From the NCBI GenBank assembly GCA_963732365.1, contig CAVSZC010000005.1, positions 543,431-607,430 on the forward strand: a stretch of 64,000 nt of DNA, written 5' to 3'. The position numbers and the translations under genes were made by a program. The stretch is from an uncultured Bacteroidales bacterium. Lineage in GTDB: Bacteria; Bacteroidota; Bacteroidia; Bacteroidales; VadinHA17. The notes below the pieces were generated by a model. That model was given only the letters and a program-made list of their open reading frames with translations, searched no databases and was not told where the DNA came from. Positions 10,018 to 19,475 of this stretch are shown here, piece after piece. The number at the start of each line of letters is the position of its first letter. The stretch's first letter is position 1.

Positions 10018-10872
10018 CTAGTATTCCCAGAGATCCTGTTCGAAGTTGAATATTTCGTTTTTGATCCTCTCAGCCTCAAATATCTGTCCGGGGCCGATCT
10101 TATACTGGTTTATATATCTGTCATCATAGACATTGGATTCTGCCACGATATACCCGTCAAACTTGCGCTGCAGCAGAAGATCCTCGAATGAGATGCGCTG
10201 AGCGTCATTGTAAGTATTGAATGCTTCATGACTGGCAAGGGCCTGTCTTACATCTTCATATCTGATCCAGAAGAGGCGTCTCTTCATGAGCCTTGAGGTC
10301 ATCTGGTCATAACCCATATAGATAGGGCAGATACCTATAATGCGGACATCGAGACGGGAATGCTTCTTGTCAAAAAACCATTCCTCCAGAAGCATTACCT
10401 GTTTTATATCTGCAGGATTCTCCTGGTTCGTAACGGTTGAGTCACGCTCATTGCCGTTGACATCTATTATAGATACTGTCAGGGTGTCGCGGTTCATCTT
10501 CTGTGCGATGTCATTATATGTTGTAGGGACAGACATTTCATCGCCATCTGTGGCAGATACTCTGCCTGCCATGATCTCGTTCAGAAGTATCCCTGAGAAG
10601 TTCATCCTGCCGTCTGACATCTCTGAGACAAAGCGGTTACCTGATGAGTCGTATTTAAGAGAAGGATAATATAGGTTGAGATTCATCTTTTCTCTGAGAT
10701 CGATTATCCTGTAAAGTCTTTTTGACCAGACAACATCTGACTCTCCCAGGTAGGTATAATTTATCTTCTGATTGAAGGGCATCTGTTTCTCATAGATGTC
10801 TCCAAACGACTGGGCCATTGAGGCTGTACAGATCAGGAGGCCCGTGAGGCCTGCCAGAATTCTCCTGTTCAT
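10018..10872 (-). CDS. gldN: T9SS/gliding ring protein GldN (PorN)
   Basis: 284-aa secreted protein (signal peptide ...CTASMAQS) encoded directly after gldM. Its position and size match the conserved gldKLMN order. Confidence 0.8.
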   Translation of the reverse strand: MNRRILAGLTGLLICTASMAQSFGDIYEKQMPFNQKINYTYLGESDVVWSKRLYRIIDLREKMNLNLYYPSLKYDSSGNRFVSEMSDGRMNFSGILLNEIMAGRVSATDGDEMSVPTTYNDIAQKMNRDTLTVSIIDVNGNERDSTVTNQENPADIKQVMLLEEWFFDKKHSRLDVRIIGICPIYMGYDQMTSRLMKRRLFWIRYEDVRQALASHEAFNTYNDAQRISFEDLLLQRKFDGYIVAESNVYDDRYINQYKIGPGQIFEAERIKNEIFNFEQDLWEY

Positions 10873-10891
10873 GGTTTTATCTCTTCTTGTA

Positions 10892-12535
10892 TTAGTTTAT
10901 CTTCAGGATTATTGGGTTAAGGTTCCTGGTTCTTCCGTCAGGTCCCACTGCAGTTATCTTCTCAATAATGAGTTTCTGTCCGGCACGCAAGCCTCCGATG
11001 AGACTCTTTTGCTTATCAGTCAGCCTGTTGCTGTTTGCTTCGGCGGTTATCTCAAAGCCTTTGTCATTGACAGAGACAGTAAACCCGGTTATTGAATAAG
11101 TGAGGTCAAATTCAAAATTCTCAAGAGTGGCGGTGACTACCTGTTGTGCAGCCGCAACGCTTCTCAGCACGTTTCCTTCCTTCATGTTTGCAAATCTTGC
11201 TTCGGGGTCGGGGATTCTTCTTACCCTGAACTCGACCGGGGGGAAGCTCTGAATCTTCCCGTTAATGTTTGCAGAGACAATGATCTGGGCATTCTCGCCG
11301 ATGGTTCTGGGTTGTGCAACCCATTCACCGCGGTAATTCTTATACTTACCCTTTTTTATTTCACCGTTGGTCATTCTCACAGTGAGCTGATTGGAGCCCA
11401 CGCCGGGAACGGATATATCCATTGGGTTATCTATTCCCTGGTAGAGGACGTTCATGGCAGTAGGAGACACTACAACGTTCGGCATCCCTACAGAGTATTT
11501 TGAGCTGAATGGGTATGCAATCATACTGCCGTCGGGCGCCTTCATCCTGATCAGTCCTCCATATGACTTTTCGCCGATGGAACCCGGCCTGACTCTATAG
11601 ATACCGATACCTGACTCATTAACAGGAAGCTTGTCATAATTACCTGTCATTTCGTAAGAGATGGTCCCGTCAGCATTTTCCTTGGTGGAGTAATTACCTA
11701 TAAGTATCTCGGGGTCGCGTGTAGTATCTGTGGCAGCAACGAATATCTGGGCCTCGTATTCGTTCCCCTGCATGATATAGGTTAAGTTTGGAATAACAGT
11801 CGGGATGATCTTGTTGAATTTAAAAGAAGATGCGTCGATCTGTGTATAAAGATAGTTGAGGACATCGGTTTCAGCGTTTCTGACATCAACCTGCATCTTG
11901 GAAAGAATTGTCATAACAGCAACAAGCGGGAGTGTCTGGAATGTGCCGGTTACCCATGGTTCTGTTCCGGTACCCTCGAGGTTTTTCGGGTCATCGGTAT
12001 CAAGGATCGCGAGTATTGACTGTTCCGCGGCGATGTCCTTGCCTTCAAGAGTCTCAACCAGGAAACTGCGGTAATCTTCAATAAGGGCTTTCAGGTCATT
12101 TGCCTTACCGGCCTGGTCGGCTCCTATAAGTATCTCAGTAGGCACGTTGGTATCATCAATTCTCTTAACTTCATGAATATTTATCTGATTATCAGGAAGC
12201 AGAGCTTCAGAATCTTCTCCTTCTGCCTTGGTGATGATTTCAACCTTCAGATCCTGGATGTAGTTGAAAATCTCATCGGCTCGTGTCTTTACGTCATAGG
12301 CTTTAACCTTCCACTTGCCTGCTTTCTCAGGGTTTTCTGCGGCAGCGACGTCAAAAGCTGTGTAAGTGATATCATTCTTCTTGATGTAGTTTGCCGTTGT
12401 TTTAGTCAAACTTTCATCCACTCTTTTAAAAGCTTCGACGGCTTCCTTTGAAACGTTAAGAGCTAGCATGGCGGTCAGCACGAGGTACATCATGCCGATC
12501 ATCTTTTGCCGCGGGGTCTCTTTTCCCTTAGCCAT
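10892..12535 (-). CDS. gldM: T9SS/gliding motor-associated protein GldM (PorM)
   Basis: The N-terminus MAKGKETPRQKMIGMMYLVLTAMLALNV is the conserved GldM single TM helix with the Arg and Tyr positions. A large periplasmic region follows. Confidence 0.9.
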   Translation of the reverse strand: MAKGKETPRQKMIGMMYLVLTAMLALNVSKEAVEAFKRVDESLTKTTANYIKKNDITYTAFDVAAAENPEKAGKWKVKAYDVKTRADEIFNYIQDLKVEIITKAEGEDSEALLPDNQINIHEVKRIDDTNVPTEILIGADQAGKANDLKALIEDYRSFLVETLEGKDIAAEQSILAILDTDDPKNLEGTGTEPWVTGTFQTLPLVAVMTILSKMQVDVRNAETDVLNYLYTQIDASSFKFNKIIPTVIPNLTYIMQGNEYEAQIFVAATDTTRDPEILIGNYSTKENADGTISYEMTGNYDKLPVNESGIGIYRVRPGSIGEKSYGGLIRMKAPDGSMIAYPFSSKYSVGMPNVVVSPTAMNVLYQGIDNPMDISVPGVGSNQLTVRMTNGEIKKGKYKNYRGEWVAQPRTIGENAQIIVSANINGKIQSFPPVEFRVRRIPDPEARFANMKEGNVLRSVAAAQQVVTATLENFEFDLTYSITGFTVSVNDKGFEITAEANSNRLTDKQKSLIGGLRAGQKLIIEKITAVGPDGRTRNLNPIILKIN

Positions 12536-12577
12536 TTGCGGATAGTTTAGGTGTTAGCAGATATAATGACCTTAACA

Positions 12578-13426
12578 TTACTTTACATTCATGGCAGCAA
12601 GCATGTTGCCATATACATTATTAAGAGAGGCAAGATTCTCATTCAGTTTCGAGACCTGTTCGCGGTACTTCTTGGTGTCGTCGGCTGAGCCTGAAAGATC
12701 CTTCATCATGTTTTCTATTCCCTTGTAGATCACTTCAGAACTTTTGACATGGTCGTTCGCGCCGCGAAGCTGCAGTTCGTATGCAGCATTGAGGGCAGAC
12801 AGAGACTTGTTGAGTACCTCGAGCTTTTCCTGGTATGATTTGCCTCCTGTCTCGATTGTTCTTGACGATTCGCCGATAGCCTGATAGACGGTGCTTGTAT
12901 CACTCATTGACCTGGCGGTCTGTTTCACTGAGTCAGACAGGTTCATAAGTGATTCATTGGCCTTTCTGATAGTGCCTGCATACTCATTTGTAGTAGCAGC
13001 CAGATCGCCCATGGCATTGAAATTATTTGTTGTCTCGGTCAGTTTCTTCAGTCCCTGGCTCAGTTTGTCAAACACATCAGGTGTAATACCGGCATTGGCA
13101 AGCATCTTGTCAAACTGTGATAATCCGGCGCCGCCGCCGCCACCGCCGCCGCCAACAGCTGCGAAGCCGATCTCTTCACCCGAGTAGTTAGGGTCAAGCT
13201 GCGGATATACCAGCTTCCAGTCCGGCTCCTCCTTCAGTGGTTCAAATGCTGAGAAGAAAAAGATAACTGCTTCTGTGCAAAGACCAATAGCCAGGAAAAG
13301 ACCTGCCATTGGATAGTGCTGGATTTTAAAGAGAGCTCCGATGATAACGACTGAAGCGCCCCATCCGTAGAGCTTAGCCATGAAGGCTTTCCACCTACTT
13401 GTGTGAACTAATTCCGAAAGGCCCAT
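12578..13426 (-). CDS. gldL: T9SS/gliding motor protein GldL (PorL)
   Basis: Two N-terminal TM helices, with the conserved TM2 glutamate seen in GLCTEAVIFFFSAFEP. A cytoplasmic coiled-coil-like tail follows. The gene sits between gldK and gldM. Confidence 0.9.
   Translation of the reverse strand: MGLSELVHTSRWKAFMAKLYGWGASVVIIGALFKIQHYPMAGLFLAIGLCTEAVIFFFSAFEPLKEEPDWKLVYPQLDPNYSGEEIGFAAVGGGGGGGGAGLSQFDKMLANAGITPDVFDKLSQGLKKLTETTNNFNAMGDLAATTNEYAGTIRKANESLMNLSDSVKQTARSMSDTSTVYQAIGESSRTIETGGKSYQEKLEVLNKSLSALNAAYELQLRGANDHVKSSEVIYKGIENMMKDLSGSADDTKKYREQVSKLNENLASLNNVYGNMLAAMNVK
13130..13153. repeat. in-frame (GCC)n trinucleotide tract, 8 units with one ACC variant, encoding Gly8 in GldL
   Basis: gccgccgccgccaccgccgccgcc on the + strand reads as GGC/GGT codons on the - strand (protein AAVGGGGGGGGAG). 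Confidence 0.9.
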
Positions 13427-13453
13427 ATAATTGCAGTTTTAGGTTAAACAGTT

Positions 13454-14788
13454 TTAGTTATTGACTCCGATATAGGTTCTGACATTACGGAACCCTACAA
13501 ATGACTTTGTTGAGTCCTGGTATTCATAGTCCCTGGTTGAGGTCTGCATATAATATGCAATATCTTTCCACGAGCCGCCTCTGATGACTTTGCGTTTGAG
13601 TACCGGAGGATCCTCGGGGCGGGCGTTATATTCATAGTCAGGATTAAGGTCATGGGTGAAGACATATGCAGAGGGGTGATAAGCACATGAGGTCCACTCT
13701 GATACGTTACCTGCCATATCAAAAAGTCCGTATTCATTTGGTTCAAATGAGGCTACCTTTATTGTGTAGACGGCGCCATCATCTATGTAGTTCCCGCGCA
13801 GAGGCTTGAAGTTTGCGAGGAAGCATCCCTGGTAGTTTCGTGTATAGGGGCCGCCCCACGGGTACATTGACAGGTCGAGGCCGCCGCGCGCTGCATATTC
13901 CCATTCTGTCTCGAGCGGCAGGCGGTAATTATGGACGTCAGCCACACCCTGGGCACGGAGATGTTCATTCATGAAGTTGGTCCTCCATACGCTGAAAGCG
14001 CGCGCCTGGGTCCATGAGACACCCACCACAGGATAGTCGTCATAGCCAGGGTGCCAGAAATAGAGTGTCGCCCAGGGCTCATTGAATGAATAGGTGAAGT
14101 CTCTGATCCAGGCCAGTGTGTCTGGAAATATATTGACCACATGATGCATGATGAACGATGAGCGGTCCTTGACGTCAGTCTTAACCCCTTCGAGATCAGT
14201 AACCGTACCTTCATACTTCTGATCAGCATAGTTGTACCTTGCTTTTGCTGCCTGTTTGTAGTCTACCCAGAAGTAGGAATAGTTCAGAAGCCGTGTGTCC
14301 CACTGCTTATTGGCGTTAAACCTCTCTTCGGGAGGATAATACATTGTTTCGACCACAGAGAGGATATTTTCATCTTCGTAGTCAATCTCTTCTTCCCAGT
14401 TAAGTACATAAGGCTCAATGACATTACCTTCCTCGTCTGTTCTGTAAAACTGGTAGCCCTCGATTCCCTCTTCGCCCAGCCTGGTTCTGAGGATCGAGTC
14501 GCGTACCCAATAGGTAAACTGACGGTATTTGTTGTTGGTAATCTCTGTCTGGTCCATCCAGAAAGCTTCTACAGTGACTGTTTTAGACAGGGTGTTCATT
14601 GCCCGGAGCGGATCCTGATCGCTGGGCCCCATAGTATAAGAGCCTGCGGGAATGAAAGCCATCTCAAACGGTTCAGGCTCATAGAATTTTTTTCTTCCCT
14701 GAACACCTGTCAACTCACCGGTGTCATACGAGGCGCAACCACCGATAAACAAGGCTATTGTAAGAGCTAAAAGGGTTACCTTTTTCAT
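13454..14788 (-). CDS. gldK: T9SS/gliding outer-membrane lipoprotein GldK (PorK), FGE-sulfatase-fold
   Basis: Lipoprotein signal peptide ...LFIGGC. FGE/SUMF1-type motifs are present (RLPLETEWEYAARGG, RVIRGGSWKD). It is the first gene of the gldKLMN block. Confidence 0.9.
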   Translation of the reverse strand: MKKVTLLALTIALFIGGCASYDTGELTGVQGRKKFYEPEPFEMAFIPAGSYTMGPSDQDPLRAMNTLSKTVTVEAFWMDQTEITNNKYRQFTYWVRDSILRTRLGEEGIEGYQFYRTDEEGNVIEPYVLNWEEEIDYEDENILSVVETMYYPPEERFNANKQWDTRLLNYSYFWVDYKQAAKARYNYADQKYEGTVTDLEGVKTDVKDRSSFIMHHVVNIFPDTLAWIRDFTYSFNEPWATLYFWHPGYDDYPVVGVSWTQARAFSVWRTNFMNEHLRAQGVADVHNYRLPLETEWEYAARGGLDLSMYPWGGPYTRNYQGCFLANFKPLRGNYIDDGAVYTIKVASFEPNEYGLFDMAGNVSEWTSCAYHPSAYVFTHDLNPDYEYNARPEDPPVLKRKVIRGGSWKDIAYYMQTSTRDYEYQDSTKSFVGFRNVRTYIGVNN

Positions 14789-14835
14789 ATACTGTAAAAT
14801 TTAACGATGCAAGTAAGTTATTTTTTTCTTAAATA

Positions 14836-15780
14836 TCATAGAAACCGAATACTTTTATATTTAGTAGTGCTTTTCCCCAGGCCGATATCAAAACTATAGG
14901 AAACGATGAATTCATGCGATCCACTCGTCCCTTTTCTGATCTCTGAAATGGGGAAGTCATATCCATATCCTATTTTTAGGCCGTTAATTAATTCTGTACC
15001 TGCAAAGCCTGATATTGCATCTCCGGCTCTGTAGGAAACGCCACCCCACACCTTTTTATTGTATCTGACCATGCCTGTTGCAACATATTGGACTGCAGCT
15101 CCGTCAAACACCACGAAGGCGGAAGGGATCAGTTCCAGTGCAGGATTTGGCAGCTGGAAAGTATACCCAGCAGTAAGATAATACTGCCGGCTGACGTATG
15201 TAGCTGTTTCTGTGTATTTTATGTCTGGCTGGTTGAGGTGTGTGACTGAGAGCCCCACATAATAATTGACACCCTGGTAATATACTCCTCCGGAAATGTC
15301 GAGGGCAAGGTAGCTTTCATCATTTTCAGGGATCAAAGGGTCTCCTGAAGGTGGCGTATGGGCTGATCCTCCGGGAATAAACCATTCCGGCTCCAGGGTC
15401 TTGTTAAGAATCCCGGCACTCAGTCCTGCTCCCAGTGTACCCGTTCCCAGCGGTATCAGGTATGAATAAGCCAGAGTAATGTTAATATCATTGCTGAATC
15501 CGTATTTGTCTGACTCAATCAGCAAGCCTGCACCGCTTGTCAGCCCGAAAATGTTGAATGGAGTGTTGATATTGAATATCATTGTTGAGGGCGCTCCGGG
15601 GAACCCAACCCATTGCTGTCGTGTGAGGGCGGTGGCGGCTATCATGCCGCTCATTCCTGAGTAGGCGGGGTTATAAGTCTGTGTATTAAACATATAATGA
15701 CTTATAACAGGATCCTGTTGCCCAGAAACCATGCTTACCGTTGATATTAAGGCTAGGATGACTGTCCTGACTTTCTTCAT
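14836..15780 (-). CDS. porP: PorP/SprF-family T9SS outer-membrane protein
   Basis: Signal peptide followed by the family-typical QQDPVISHYMFNTQTYNPAYSG. The rest is beta-barrel-like and ends in ...KSIRFL. It lies immediately upstream of gldK, as in porPKLMN operons. Confidence 0.85.
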   Translation of the reverse strand: MKKVRTVILALISTVSMVSGQQDPVISHYMFNTQTYNPAYSGMSGMIAATALTRQQWVGFPGAPSTMIFNINTPFNIFGLTSGAGLLIESDKYGFSNDINITLAYSYLIPLGTGTLGAGLSAGILNKTLEPEWFIPGGSAHTPPSGDPLIPENDESYLALDISGGVYYQGVNYYVGLSVTHLNQPDIKYTETATYVSRQYYLTAGYTFQLPNPALELIPSAFVVFDGAAVQYVATGMVRYNKKVWGGVSYRAGDAISGFAGTELINGLKIGYGYDFPISEIRKGTSGSHEFIVSYSFDIGLGKSTTKYKSIRFL

Positions 15781-15862
15781 GTTCTAAAAGTGCATCGGCA
15801 CCCTTAAAAGTAACGAGTAAAATAAATAAAAAATATGCAGGCAGCCAAATAGAGTTTAAATT

Positions 15863-17032
15863 TTAGTGACTGAACCTGAGTATTGCCTTGGTCCACCGGC
15901 CCGGAACCTGGTCGCGGCTGGCCATCAGGTAGTCATCGTAGGAGCATGCCAGGCAGTGTGGCTCACCTGCTGCGTCACGCACCTCAATCCACCACCGTTC
16001 CGTGATATTGCTCTTTATGAAGATTGCCTCGCCCTCCAGGTCGCTGAGGGTGACGTGGTAACGGGTAAACCTGCTGTTCATCTGATCGCCCAGATAATTG
16101 ATCTCAAACTGCTTCTGGGAGAATCCTTCGAGGAAGAACCAGATCAGCTGGGCGGCAAGGTGGGATGTCTGAAAACGGTTATCGATCACAGGATTTACTT
16201 CAGTCAGCACATATATCTTAAGGTTATCGGAGAGACCTGCATATCTTGAGAGCAGGCATACCTCCTCACCGTAGAAGCCGTTTGCCGAAGGAAGCACGGT
16301 GCCGGGGGCATCTGACTGACGCACTGCTCCAATGTCGAAGATTGCGGCGGTGGCATCACGGAATAAAGGTTCTGTCTCATGTATTGCTGCCCTGACCTCG
16401 CCTATCCGCATCATATCATAATGTCTGCGGTTAAACCGGTTGACAACCTGCTGATCGGTAAGGTATGTCTGGAATCCGATTGAGGATAGGTGCGAGAGTT
16501 TGCTTCCGCTGCGGTAGATGAGGTCATTCATCCAGTTCAGTGCATGTGCCTCTCTTTTCTCCACTGTGAAATCGAGCCTAGAATCAACTGACACGAGTGA
16601 CCATGGCTGCCTGAGCGAGGAGAGTCCCCTGTCAATGGCAGGCATAAGGGCACTTGTTCCGCCAATTATTACAGGTACAATATTTTCTGAAAGAAGAAAG
16701 GCTATCACATCTCTCAGTCCGGCAATGGTATCCTCAAATCCTGTTCCGGTCTTGAAATTGCCAAGGTCAATAATCTTCATCTTGCCAGGCAGGCGTGAGA
16801 ATGAATAGAGGTTTTTGCGGATGGCATCAGGGGCATAAGAGGCACCCCTGTTTGATGAGAAGCGGTCATCGGGTACACCAACCAATGCGACGCTGTACCC
16901 GGCAATGTCCCCCAGGGGCTCGTTACCGGTATTGACGGTTACATTGTGCGGGAAAGCCCCTGAGCCTGTAAGCTGCTCTATCTCAGGCTTGTCAAGGCAT
17001 ACCGGGTCAAAATATTGATTCAGGTCAGTCAT
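15863..17032 (-). CDS. arginase/formimidoylglutamase-fold protein with degenerate metal-binding motifs (likely non-catalytic or divergent)
   Basis: Collinear with ureohydrolase motifs, but GGDHS reads GGTSA, DAHxD reads DSRLD, and SxDxDxxDPxxAPG reads IFDIGAVRQSDAPG. There is an extra C-terminal region of about 85 aa. Confidence 0.6.
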   Translation of the reverse strand: MTDLNQYFDPVCLDKPEIEQLTGSGAFPHNVTVNTGNEPLGDIAGYSVALVGVPDDRFSSNRGASYAPDAIRKNLYSFSRLPGKMKIIDLGNFKTGTGFEDTIAGLRDVIAFLLSENIVPVIIGGTSALMPAIDRGLSSLRQPWSLVSVDSRLDFTVEKREAHALNWMNDLIYRSGSKLSHLSSIGFQTYLTDQQVVNRFNRRHYDMMRIGEVRAAIHETEPLFRDATAAIFDIGAVRQSDAPGTVLPSANGFYGEEVCLLSRYAGLSDNLKIYVLTEVNPVIDNRFQTSHLAAQLIWFFLEGFSQKQFEINYLGDQMNSRFTRYHVTLSDLEGEAIFIKSNITERWWIEVRDAAGEPHCLACSYDDYLMASRDQVPGRWTKAILRFSH

Positions 17033-17044
17033 ATCATCTGTTTG

Positions 17045-19363
17045 TCACTTCTTCCTGGCAGCCTTTGGTTTTTTCCCCTGGCCTCCTTTCTCAATGATAG
17101 CCAAACATTCTTCACGTGTCAGCTTGAGCGGGTCACTCCCTTTGGGTATCCTGTAGTTGTTCTTTTCATGCGTGATGTAAGGGCCGTATTTGCCATTCAG
17201 GATCCTGATGTCGCCGAACTCATTGATAACCTTCATCTTGTCGCCTTCCCTCTTCTCCCTTATTATCTCCATGGCCCTCTCTTCCGTAATGGTATATGGG
17301 TCGTCAACCCCTTTTTTCAGGGAGTAGAACTTGCCGTCATGTCTCACGTAAGGTCCGAACTTCCCGAGTCCGATAACCATTTCATTATCTTCGAATGTTC
17401 CAACGGTTCTTGGGAGGTCAAACAGGGAGAGGGCTTCTTCAAGAGTAATGGTCTCGAGAAGCTGGTCACGCTTCAGGTTTGCAAAGCGTGGCTTCTTATC
17501 AGGGGATGCCTCACCGAGCTGCACTACAGGGCCGAACCGGCTCATCTTCACTATCACCGGCAAGCCTGTCGCCGGATCATTGCCCAGCTGGCGGGTGCCT
17601 GTCATGCGTGCCTTGGTAGAAAGGGACTCATCCACTGACTTTCGGAAGGGGCCGTAAAAGAGTGAAATCATCTTTTCCCAGACAAGCTCTCCGGCTGCGA
17701 TCTCATCAAATTCCTTCTCAACCCCGGCAGTAAAGTTATAATCAAGGATATCGGGGAAATTGGAGATCAGAAAGTCATTGACGATCATTCCGATATCTTT
17801 AGGAAAGAGTTTAGATTTCTCTTTCCCGGCTATTTCACTCTTCTCGCTCCTGGTGATCTTCCCTTTTGAGAGGGATAGCTGGGCCACTGTTCGTTTTTCT
17901 CCCGGCCTGTCTTCCCTGGCCACGTAGCCGCGCGACTGTATAGTTGAAATAATAGGTGCATAGGTTGAAGGTCTTCCGATACCGAGCTCCTCGAGTTTCT
18001 TCACCAGGCTTGCCTCGGTGTACCGCGGCGGGGGTGTGGTGAAGCGCTGCAGGGCGGTTATGACGTCGGAAGTGAGTGCCATACCTTTGTCAACACGGGG
18101 AAGGATTGCCTTCTCATCATCCGTTCCGTTGGTGTCATAAGATTCGGTATATACCTTCAGGAACCCGTCAAAAAGGATCACCTCACCTGTTGCGGTGAAG
18201 TTCACGGGAGAAGATGACATGCCAATGGTGATGGTTGTCTTTTCGGTCTCCGCGTCTGCCATCTGTGAGGCAATGGCTCTGCGCCAGATGAGCTCGTAGA
18301 GTCTTTTTTCGTTATTGCTCCCGGTTGTATCCTTCTTGTCAAAGTATGTTGGTCTTATTGCTTCATGAGCCTCCTGTGCCCCTTTGGAGTGCGTTTTGAA
18401 CTGCCTTGTACGTGAGTATTTGCTGCCGTAATCATCCGTTACCACCTGCCTGGCAGTGTTAAGTGCAAGGGATGACAGGTTTGTCGAGTCAGTCCTCATG
18501 TAGGTTATCTTACCTGCCTCATAGAGTTTCTGTGCGACAGACATCGTCTGTGCGACAGAGAAACCAAGCTTGCGGTATGCCTCCTGCTGAAGGGTGGATG
18601 TGGTGAACGGCGGTGCAGGTGAACGGGTACCGGGCCTGACAACTATGTTTTCAACAGTGAAGGAGGCGCCTGAACAGTTTTCAAGGAAAGCTCTGGCATC
18701 AGACTCTGTGCTGAATTTCTTGGGACATTCTGCCTTGAGGACCACATCTTTTCCCTCCTGGTTTCTTCCCGTGAAGGTTCCTGTCACCCTGTATGCCGAG
18801 TCTGAAGAGAAGTTTATGATCTCACGTTCGCGGTCTACCAGCAGGCGGACGGCGACAGACTGCACCCTTCCTGCCGAGAGGGAAGGCTGAACCTTCTTCC
18901 AGAGCACAGGTGATATCTCAAATCCTACCAGCCTGTCAAGTATTCTCCTTGCCTGCTGGGCATTCACCAGGTTCATATCCACCTGGCGGGGTGACGCAAT
19001 TGCATTGTTGATTGCCTCTTTGGTGATCTCATGGAAGACGATGCGGCGTGTTGTCTCCTGATCCAGTCCCAGGACGGATACCAGATGCCACGCAATGGCC
19101 TCCCCCTCACGGTCCTCATCAGAAGCAATCCATACTGTCTTTGCCTGCGAGGCAAGCTTCTTCAGCTCACTGACCACTTTCTTTTTCTCTTCCGGTACCT
19201 CATATACAGGCTTGAAACCTTTATCCACCTCTATCCCCAGCTTATTCTTTGAAAGATCACGTATGTGTCCGAAACTTGACACAACGGTAAATTCCTTCCC
19301 GAGAAATTTCTCTATCGTTTTTGCCTTCGCAGGAGATTCAACAATTACCAGATTTTCTGTCAT
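17045..19363 (-). CDS. topA: DNA topoisomerase I
   Basis: The likely true start is MTENLVIVESPAKAKTIEKFLG (ATG at 19363); the ORF-track start at 19429 adds a non-conserved extension. Toprim and topoisomerase IA core motifs are present, followed by a Lys-rich C-terminal tail. Confidence 0.95.
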   Translation of the reverse strand: MTENLVIVESPAKAKTIEKFLGKEFTVVSSFGHIRDLSKNKLGIEVDKGFKPVYEVPEEKKKVVSELKKLASQAKTVWIASDEDREGEAIAWHLVSVLGLDQETTRRIVFHEITKEAINNAIASPRQVDMNLVNAQQARRILDRLVGFEISPVLWKKVQPSLSAGRVQSVAVRLLVDREREIINFSSDSAYRVTGTFTGRNQEGKDVVLKAECPKKFSTESDARAFLENCSGASFTVENIVVRPGTRSPAPPFTTSTLQQEAYRKLGFSVAQTMSVAQKLYEAGKITYMRTDSTNLSSLALNTARQVVTDDYGSKYSRTRQFKTHSKGAQEAHEAIRPTYFDKKDTTGSNNEKRLYELIWRRAIASQMADAETEKTTITIGMSSSPVNFTATGEVILFDGFLKVYTESYDTNGTDDEKAILPRVDKGMALTSDVITALQRFTTPPPRYTEASLVKKLEELGIGRPSTYAPIISTIQSRGYVAREDRPGEKRTVAQLSLSKGKITRSEKSEIAGKEKSKLFPKDIGMIVNDFLISNFPDILDYNFTAGVEKEFDEIAAGELVWEKMISLFYGPFRKSVDESLSTKARMTGTRQLGNDPATGLPVIVKMSRFGPVVQLGEASPDKKPRFANLKRDQLLETITLEEALSLFDLPRTVGTFEDNEMVIGLGKFGPYVRHDGKFYSLKKGVDDPYTITEERAMEIIREKREGDKMKVINEFGDIRILNGKYGPYITHEKNNYRIPKGSDPLKLTREECLAIIEKGGQGKKPKAARKK

Positions 19364-19475
19364 CCAAGATTTTTTAAAAACAGGGCAAAGTAAGTGATTA
19401 TGGGCACTAACTTCAAAATTATTAAGCAAGATTCTGTATAATTCACTAAATTAGCGCCCATATTATGAGCTTATC

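Noticed and set aside
13454-14788. The FGE-sulfatase domain could be a sulfatase-maturating enzyme.
   Set aside because: The lipoprotein signal, its position at the head of gldLMN and its size match GldK/PorK, which uses this fold structurally in the T9SS ring.
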